From: an uncultured bacterium
Lineage (GTDB): Bacteria > Hydrothermota > Hydrothermia > LBFQ01
Assembly: GCA_964473735.1 (NCBI GenBank)
Contig: CAYYQD010000002.1
Location: 4,966-68,965 of the forward strand
Direction of reading: 5' to 3'
Length of the DNA stretch: 64,000 nt
In this document: positions 58,445 through 64,000 of the stretch, piece after piece
Position numbering within the stretch: the stretch's first letter is position 1
Layout: each line of letters opens with the position of its first letter
Notes under the pieces: generated by a model
Seen by the model: only the letters and a program-made list of their open reading frames with translations
What the model was told of the DNA's origin: nothing
Databases searched by the model: none
Translations under genes and position numbers: made by a program

Positions 58445-59146
58445 CTACCTCCTTTTTTCCCTTAGTCTGACAAGCAGAGGATCGGGGACCCCTACCTCGG
58501 CGAAGGCCTCCGCTCTCTGCAGGCACGTGGGACACTTTCCACAGGGCTCCCCGTTCACCGGAGAGTAGCACGACCACGTCCATTCGTAGGGTACCCCCAT
58601 CTTCAGGCCCATCCTGATTATGTCGGGTTTCTTTAGACCTAAGAGGGGGGTATGGACCCTCACGCGAAGCTTCCTGTCAAAGGACAGGGATGAGCCGGCG
58701 TTCAGTAGGGCCTCAAGGGAGGACGCCCACTCCGGCCTCGTATCCGGATAGTTGGGGACGTCCGAGGCGTGTATCCCTATCACCAGATCCGTTATGCCGT
58801 AGACCTCCATGTAGGCGCCGGCGACGACCCCGAAGATGGAGTTCCTCATGGGAACGTAGGTCGCTATGGTACCCTCCGGTGGGTAGGGCCCCTCGGGGAC
58901 GGGGACCCTATCGTCCGTCAGGGCGGACCCTCCCACCCTCTTCAGGACGTCCAACTCCACGATTAAGTGCCCCTTAACCCCGGCGAGGTCTGCCAGCTTC
59001 TTAGCGTACTCCAGCTCCACGGAGTGTCTCTGACCGTAAAGGAAGGTCAGCGCCCACACCTCACTGAACCTCTCCTTCGCCCACCACAAAGCGGTCGCCG
59101 AATCTATCCCGCCGGAGAGCAGGACTATACACTTATCGTTTTCCAT
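58445..59146 (-). CDS. queC: 7-cyano-7-deazaguanine synthase QueC
   Basis: The PP-loop is LLSGGIDS. The C-terminal zinc Cys residues are CYSPVNGEPCGKCPTC. Confidence 0.85.
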   Translation of the reverse strand: MENDKCIVLLSGGIDSATALWWAKERFSEVWALTFLYGQRHSVELEYAKKLADLAGVKGHLIVELDVLKRVGGSALTDDRVPVPEGPYPPEGTIATYVPMRNSIFGVVAGAYMEVYGITDLVIGIHASDVPNYPDTRPEWASSLEALLNAGSSLSFDRKLRVRVHTPLLGLKKPDIIRMGLKMGVPYEWTWSCYSPVNGEPCGKCPTCLQRAEAFAEVGVPDPLLVRLREKRR

Positions 59147-59252
59147 GTCGTGGAAACTTGATATTATAGGGTGGTAATTTATCGTTTGAAGCGCACGCTC
59201 CGGCCGAAAGAGGACTCTGCAGTGGGGTCGGCGACCGTAAAATAGCCGTCCG

Positions 59253-61547
59253 ATGTTCCTTCTGTTTTCCTACGTGGCCCTGAATTCCGCCTCTCTTGAA
59301 GATCTGCGGAAGGTCTTCCCCGGGTCTCTGGCGGATAGTGTGTATAAGTACAGGCAGAGGTTCGGCGGTTTCCGAAACTTCTACCAGCTCCTTGATGTCC
59401 CGGGCATGACGCCAGCCGTATTCAAACGGGTGAAGGACAGCCTCATCCTGTACGCTCCGGAGAACCAGCGCAACGGTTCCGCCCTTGGGAGTCGCATAAA
59501 CACCGTCATATCGCTGAGGGCTTCGGAGGAGGCCCCTTCGGACCTGAGCCGGGCCTACTGGCTCCTACTGGGAGGAAACCCCGTGGATATAAACTCCGCC
59601 ACCGTGCTGGAGCTGACGAACCTACCCGGGGTGTCCCTAAAGGACGCCGTAAAGGTCGTACAGTGGCGGAAATACACCCGCATAAAGTCCAGAAGGGACC
59701 TGAGATGGACCCCGGGCCTCACCCTCTACGGATACAGGAACCTGCGAAGGTACGTCACCTACCGCCACACCTACCGCCCCTTCAGGGCCTTCGTATTCCT
59801 CCACGGCTACGTTGATAACTACGCCTACGACCCCTCCTCCTTCTTCGCCTCCTCCATAAACGACCTCATGGACACCTCTGGAACGAGCAGGAACCTTCAG
59901 CTCATGAGGGAGGCCGGATGGAGCGACGGGGCCATAACCTCCTTCTTAAACCGCCTCAGGAAGGAGGCTTACGACATCAGCACCCTGCCCCGGCCTAAGA
60001 GCACCGTACGTGCCATGTTTAAGCTTTGGGACCTCGTGGATGTTGGCTTCTACCACTACGAGGGCTACACCACGTACAACAAGGGGTACGTTGGCATAAC
60101 CAAGCCGTACGTTAAGGTCATAGCCGGAGACTACCGCTTCTCCTTCGGGAACGGCCTGATATTCACCTCCTCCGAGAACCTCTCCGACAGGGTGTACTGG
60201 AACACGGTGGGTCTCATGCCAGACATACTCTACGGGGACGCCTTTAAGTTGAGGGGGATAGGGGTGTGGGGGAACGTCCGGGGGCTCTCGCCCTTTCTCA
60301 TATACTCCAGAGATAAAAAGGACGCAGTGGTGGATACGGCGGGCAGGCCTCTCTTCTACTACAGCTCCGAGTTCGTACCCTCCATATACAGGGACAGGAT
60401 AGACGAGGAGATCGTGGGAGGTGGTCTGAACTACATGGGGGACAACGGCTTCGGCCTCGGTTTCATGCTCTTTCAGATAAAGTACGGGGAGCCGTTCAGC
60501 AACGACTGGGGAAGCGTGGCGGTGCCCTTCTACTCCAGCACCTTCAACGGAGGATGGCAGTACGACCCGTCCTTCCGAATAGATACGGGCAAGATACACC
60601 GGTTTGCGGGCCTGACTTACAGCGCCGTAATAGGGGACATCGTGATACGCGGGGACCTCGCGACCAACCTCCGGCATCCGCGCCCCTCGGCCTTAGTGGT
60701 GGCCCGGTACGTGGGAGAGACCCGTAGCCTTGACTTCGTCTATAGGAACTACGACCCTACCTACTGGAACCCCTACGCTCGCCCCTTCAAGGAGGACAAC
60801 CGTTTTGAGAGGACCGACTTCCGCTACTCTTATCGCCTGCTTGACCCCTTAGCCACCAACGTCGCCGATCTGCCGGTACCGAAACCGGAGGAGGGGTACT
60901 TCTTCCAGATACGGGACCGCCTGTTTCAGGATATACTCCTGCCCCGGGTGTACCTTGACTTCTGGAAGGACAGGACGGACGGCATGTGGAACCGGAGGCT
61001 CCACGCCGAGGTAGAGTGGAGGGTGGTATGGGCGTTGCGCCTGCGCGTGTGGAGGAGGTGGCTGGAGCGTACGGACATGAGGTACGGCCGTCCCTTTAAG
61101 AGTAAGTCAGTTGAGACCGCCTTCCGCACCTTCGTAATAACCGACGCCCACTCCGTCCTTGGCATGGAGGTCAGATACTCCCAGTACAAGTCGGACAACA
61201 CCGGCGTACCTCCGGGTAGGGGCACCTTCTTCAGCTTCTTCTACAGCACGGACCTTCTCCGGGGCCTTAGGGTATATACCGGCTCCACGGTTTGGACGAG
61301 CAACGGGTACTCCCTGTGGGTCTTTGAGGACGACGGGATAGACTTCCTGTACAACCGTGGCGTGAAGACCTACGTCTCCGTCAGGAAGAGCATCTTCTCC
61401 AACGCGTACCTCCGCCTGAAGATACGCTACAAGAAACAGTACAACGACGGGAACTCCCTGATATCCGCCAGCGGGGATCCGATCAACGTCGGTCTGGGTA
61501 AGTACGAGTACTTTACGACCTATGCGGACTTCGCCATTACCTTTTAG
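59253..61547 (+). CDS. Secreted protein with two ComEA-like helix-hairpin-helix motifs and a large beta-rich C-terminal domain ending in Phe
   Basis: The signal-like N-terminus is MFLLFSYVALNSA. The HhH motifs are LNSASLEDLRKVFPGSLADSVYKY and DINSATVLELTNLPGVSLKDAVKVVQWR. The C-terminus ...YADFAITF is OMP-like. Confidence 0.5.
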   Translation: MFLLFSYVALNSASLEDLRKVFPGSLADSVYKYRQRFGGFRNFYQLLDVPGMTPAVFKRVKDSLILYAPENQRNGSALGSRINTVISLRASEEAPSDLSRAYWLLLGGNPVDINSATVLELTNLPGVSLKDAVKVVQWRKYTRIKSRRDLRWTPGLTLYGYRNLRRYVTYRHTYRPFRAFVFLHGYVDNYAYDPSSFFASSINDLMDTSGTSRNLQLMREAGWSDGAITSFLNRLRKEAYDISTLPRPKSTVRAMFKLWDLVDVGFYHYEGYTTYNKGYVGITKPYVKVIAGDYRFSFGNGLIFTSSENLSDRVYWNTVGLMPDILYGDAFKLRGIGVWGNVRGLSPFLIYSRDKKDAVVDTAGRPLFYYSSEFVPSIYRDRIDEEIVGGGLNYMGDNGFGLGFMLFQIKYGEPFSNDWGSVAVPFYSSTFNGGWQYDPSFRIDTGKIHRFAGLTYSAVIGDIVIRGDLATNLRHPRPSALVVARYVGETRSLDFVYRNYDPTYWNPYARPFKEDNRFERTDFRYSYRLLDPLATNVADLPVPKPEEGYFFQIRDRLFQDILLPRVYLDFWKDRTDGMWNRRLHAEVEWRVVWALRLRVWRRWLERTDMRYGRPFKSKSVETAFRTFVITDAHSVLGMEVRYSQYKSDNTGVPPGRGTFFSFFYSTDLLRGLRVYTGSTVWTSNGYSLWVFEDDGIDFLYNRGVKTYVSVRKSIFSNAYLRLKIRYKKQYNDGNSLISASGDPINVGLGKYEYFTTYADFAITF

Positions 61548-62082
61548 CCTCCTGCTCCTCTCCCTGATATCGGTGTCCTGTGCCACGCTCTCCAGACGTG
61601 GGGGATCTAAGGGGGCCCCGGGTACCCACCTCCTCCTCCCTCCGGACGTCCTTACGGAGATGGAGATAAACCGGGTGCGCGCCCTCTACGACAACCTTCC
61701 CGACTTCGTGGCCTACGGTACCTACACCATGACCTTCATGTTCAACAGGAGTAAGGGGACGTTCAGGATGTACAAACTCTCCGACACCATATACGTGAAG
61801 CTGGACGATAACCGGACCTTCGTAGTTCCGTGGGATAGCCTGATAAACACGCAGGTGCAAAACGGCAGGATGGATCTACGGGCGGACACCACGGTTATAA
61901 CGTGGGACGGGAACGAGGTGGTCCTGGTGGATGACCGGCTAACCGCCTACCGTGGCAGGGGGATAATCCTCCGTATGGAGGACTACGACTACTATCCCAT
62001 ACCCCATCCGAGGAGGTTGGTACTGAGGTCCATGGGGGTCAGCGTAGTGCTGGTAGTGGATAGCATAGTACCCCTCCCATGA
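61522..62082 (+). CDS. Hypothetical lipoprotein
   Basis: The lipobox is LISVSCA. The 186-aa ORF overlaps the upstream gene end by 26 nt. Confidence 0.4.
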   Translation: MRTSPLPFSLLLLSLISVSCATLSRRGGSKGAPGTHLLLPPDVLTEMEINRVRALYDNLPDFVAYGTYTMTFMFNRSKGTFRMYKLSDTIYVKLDDNRTFVVPWDSLINTQVQNGRMDLRADTTVITWDGNEVVLVDDRLTAYRGRGIILRMEDYDYYPIPHPRRLVLRSMGVSVVLVVDSIVPLP

Positions 62083-62120
62083 ACGGGCCCGTCCCTTCCC
62101 GGGTATAATCTGCTCCCTTT

Positions 62121-63002
62121 ATGATTACTTTCCTCCTCCTTGGGGATAGCGTTCTCCTCTTTCCCGTGAAAGAGGTGGTGCGTGAAGGTAAGGCTTTGGT
62201 GGTGAATGGGAAGGTGAGGGCCGAGTCCCTACCGGACTTTCTGGATAGCATCAGGGTAAGGAGGGGCCGAACCTACATCTACCCTAACCATCGCTACGCG
62301 TACGGCGAAATTCGGGGGGACACCTTGGCCCTGTTCTCCAAGGGGGTGTTCGCCGTGGTGGTGGATCCGGGACACGGGGGGACGGACTTCGGAGCGGTAG
62401 GGGTGTCGGGAGTGAAGGAGAAGGACATAACTCTGGCCGTGGGCCTCAAACTGGCCCGTCTCCTGAAAGATGAGGGGTACCGGGTCTTCCTTACGAGGAG
62501 CGAGGACCGGTTCGTCTCCCTCTTTGAGCGTGGGGAGCTGGCTAACTCCGTAAGCGCTAAGTACAAGATATACGTCAGCCTCCATTGCAACTTCATGTCC
62601 GACCCCCGGGCGGAGGGCGTGGAGACCTACATCCTGACCCTTGACAAGGTGACGGACAGGAGGGCAGCCGCTGTGGTGGAGAACATGCCTTACGCCCACT
62701 TAGGCTCCCTGAAGGGGATAATCGGGGACATGCTCCAGAACCTCTTCCTTGAGGACTCAAGGGAGTTAGCCTTAGCCCTTCACCTGCGCCTGAAGAACTA
62801 CACGAAGGACAGGGGGGTCAGACAGGCTAACTTCTACGTTCTGCGTCAGATATACTTCCCCTCCGTACTCTTGGAGCTGGGTTATATCTCCAACCCGGAG
62901 GAGGCCCAAAAACTTCAGGATACGAGCTATCAGGACGCTCTGGTGAGGGATATAACGCGTGGTATAGACGACTTTTTTATGGAAAAGTTCGCAGAAAAAT
63001 GA
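62121..63002 (+). CDS. N-acetylmuramoyl-L-alanine amidase (Amidase_3 family)
   Basis: Zinc ligands lie in VVVDPGHGGTD...SLHCNF, with the downstream Glu in AEGVETY. The Amidase_3 core is ~180 aa. Confidence 0.75.
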   Translation: MITFLLLGDSVLLFPVKEVVREGKALVVNGKVRAESLPDFLDSIRVRRGRTYIYPNHRYAYGEIRGDTLALFSKGVFAVVVDPGHGGTDFGAVGVSGVKEKDITLAVGLKLARLLKDEGYRVFLTRSEDRFVSLFERGELANSVSAKYKIYVSLHCNFMSDPRAEGVETYILTLDKVTDRRAAAVVENMPYAHLGSLKGIIGDMLQNLFLEDSRELALALHLRLKNYTKDRGVRQANFYVLRQIYFPSVLLELGYISNPEEAQKLQDTSYQDALVRDITRGIDDFFMEKFAEK

Positions 63003-64000
63003 TAATCTTACTTTTATCCACTTTCGCCGGGTGCAACAGGGGGATACACGTTCCCTTCGCGCGGGCTCTATCCCTCAGAAACCGGGCGAGACTGAAGAGG
63101 TACTACGATAGGATAAAGGGGGCGGGGTTTGACTGCGTCGTCATAGACTTCAAGACGATAGAGGGGTACGTAGGTGTTCCCTTCTCCCACCCTGTGATCT
63201 CCCGCACCCGCGCCTTCAAGGGAGACCTGCGGAAGGTGGCCACCTACTTCAGGGATAGGGGAATTTACGTCGTGGGTAGGGTGACCCTCTTTAAGGATAG
63301 GCTCCTGCGGAGAGCTCTCGGTAAGGGGCACGGTGAGTTCGTCCCACCGGGGGACAGCGTCGTGCTATCCTACAACCGGGCCGTGGTGGAGGCCACCCTT
63401 CCGTACGTGGATGAGATACAGCTGGACTACGTCAGATGGCCGGACTTTCCCGTAGGCCTTCCCACGAAGAGGAAGGTCGCCCTCCTCCTCTCCTCCGTGA
63501 GGTACATCACAGCCTCCGTTCCGGACTCCGTACCTCTCTCCGCCGACATATTCGGCAGGATACCTCTGCACCCTAAAGGGAGCAACGACATGATAGCCCA
63601 GAGTATATACGACTTTTACGGTATCTTTGACATCCTCTCTCCCATGGCCTATCCCTCCCACTACTGGAGGGAGCTCCTGAACCCCTATCAGGCCCCCTAC
63701 CACACTTTACTGGATATGCTCTCCTTTGGGGCAGATTCCTCCAGAATAAGGGTGTGGCTTCAGGCGTTCAGGTACAGGGTGCCACGGAGTAAAGGGCTCC
63801 GATGGTACATAAGGAGGCAGATGGACGCCGTCTCCGACTTAGGTGGCGTGGGCTACATGTTCTGGTTGCCCGACGTTCCGGTACTCACCGAGGTCCACAA
63901 GACTTATTTATCCTCCCTTCCCAAATCGGACTCGCTACCCGTATACGGCGTGGCCCGACCGGTAGACGGCAAGTACGTGGATACGTTAGTAAGGAAGTAC
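62999..64000 (+). CDS. Lipoprotein, putative glycoside-hydrolase-like TIM-barrel (GHL10/DUF4015-like); 3'-truncated by the window edge and absent from the ORF track
   Basis: Hand translation from ATG 62999 overlaps the amidase stop (ATGA). It gives MIILLLSTFAGCNRG...DCVVIDFK...IYVVGRVTLFKDRLL...IQLDYVRWPDF... with no stop codon before position 64000 (>330 aa). Codon usage is AGG/ATA-rich like the rest of the window. Confidence 0.45.
   Translation, partial: MIILLLSTFAGCNRGIHVPFARALSLRNRARLKRYYDRIKGAGFDCVVIDFKTIEGYVGVPFSHPVISRTRAFKGDLRKVATYFRDRGIYVVGRVTLFKDRLLRRALGKGHGEFVPPGDSVVLSYNRAVVEATLPYVDEIQLDYVRWPDFPVGLPTKRKVALLLSSVRYITASVPDSVPLSADIFGRIPLHPKGSNDMIAQSIYDFYGIFDILSPMAYPSHYWRELLNPYQAPYHTLLDMLSFGADSSRIRVWLQAFRYRVPRSKGLRWYIRRQMDAVSDLGGVGYMFWLPDVPVLTEVHKTYLSSLPKSDSLPVYGVARPVDGKYVDTLVRKY

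Noticed and set aside
59946-60677. 243-aa minus-strand ORF antisense to the HhH/beta-rich protein gene
   Set aside because: It is antisense to a 764-aa ORF with a signal peptide and HhH motifs, and it has no independent support.
63068-63703. Two minus-strand track ORFs (63068-63331 and 63365-63703)
   Set aside because: They are antisense to the long plus-strand ORF starting at 62999 that runs off the window. The plus-strand frame has a lipoprotein signal and coherent coding statistics.

Overview
This is a GC-rich, densely coded 64-kb chromosomal window of about 60 protein genes on both strands. The codon usage is thermophile-like and heavy in AGG and ATA. Type-IX-secretion C-terminal sorting domains and a SusC-like receptor with a CarboxypepD_reg N-terminus suggest a diderm bacterium related to the FCB group (Fibrobacteres-Chlorobi-Bacteroidetes); this is inference only. 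Housekeeping genes include a partial accC, tgt, plsX-rpmF, murI with an adjacent tRNA-Asn, recF, ubiE-like, queC, rsmB/F-like, sppA and amiC. A pyruvate:ferredoxin oxidoreductase operon (porG, a GltD-like/PorD fusion, porA, porB) and an ADP-forming acetyl-CoA synthetase are also present. Cell-envelope genes include a TonB-dependent receptor, an Omp85/POTRA protein, SurA-like chaperones, a LolA-like protein, an S8 peptidase, and an M16 peptidase. No rRNA, CRISPR array or obvious mobile element was seen. Five hunt results stand out. (1) A co-directional poly-gamma-glutamate locus (pgsB, pgsC, and a third gene that is not a CapA-type PgsA) is translationally coupled by ATGA overlaps to a secreted, strongly polybasic putative outer-membrane beta-barrel protein, followed by a PLD-like gene. 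It is preceded by a YceI / cytochrome-b561-like / dihaem cytochrome c module whose membrane proteins carry poly-Glu tails. This is a candidate outer-membrane export or anchor apparatus for poly-gamma-glutamate in a diderm. (2) A family of about 40-bp intergenic inverted-repeat elements has five strong and two degenerate copies, with covariation consistent with an RNA hairpin or operator. (3) The pyruvate:ferredoxin oxidoreductase delta subunit is fused to an NAD(P)H-flavoprotein (GltD/NfnB-like). (4) A secreted protein has two ComEA-like helix-hairpin-helix motifs fused to an outer-membrane-protein-like beta-rich C-terminal domain. (5) A gene running off the 3' end of the window is absent from the ORF track. 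Gene starts were revised where the track start conflicts with the tRNA, with overlapping genes, or with low-complexity alternate-frame artefacts.
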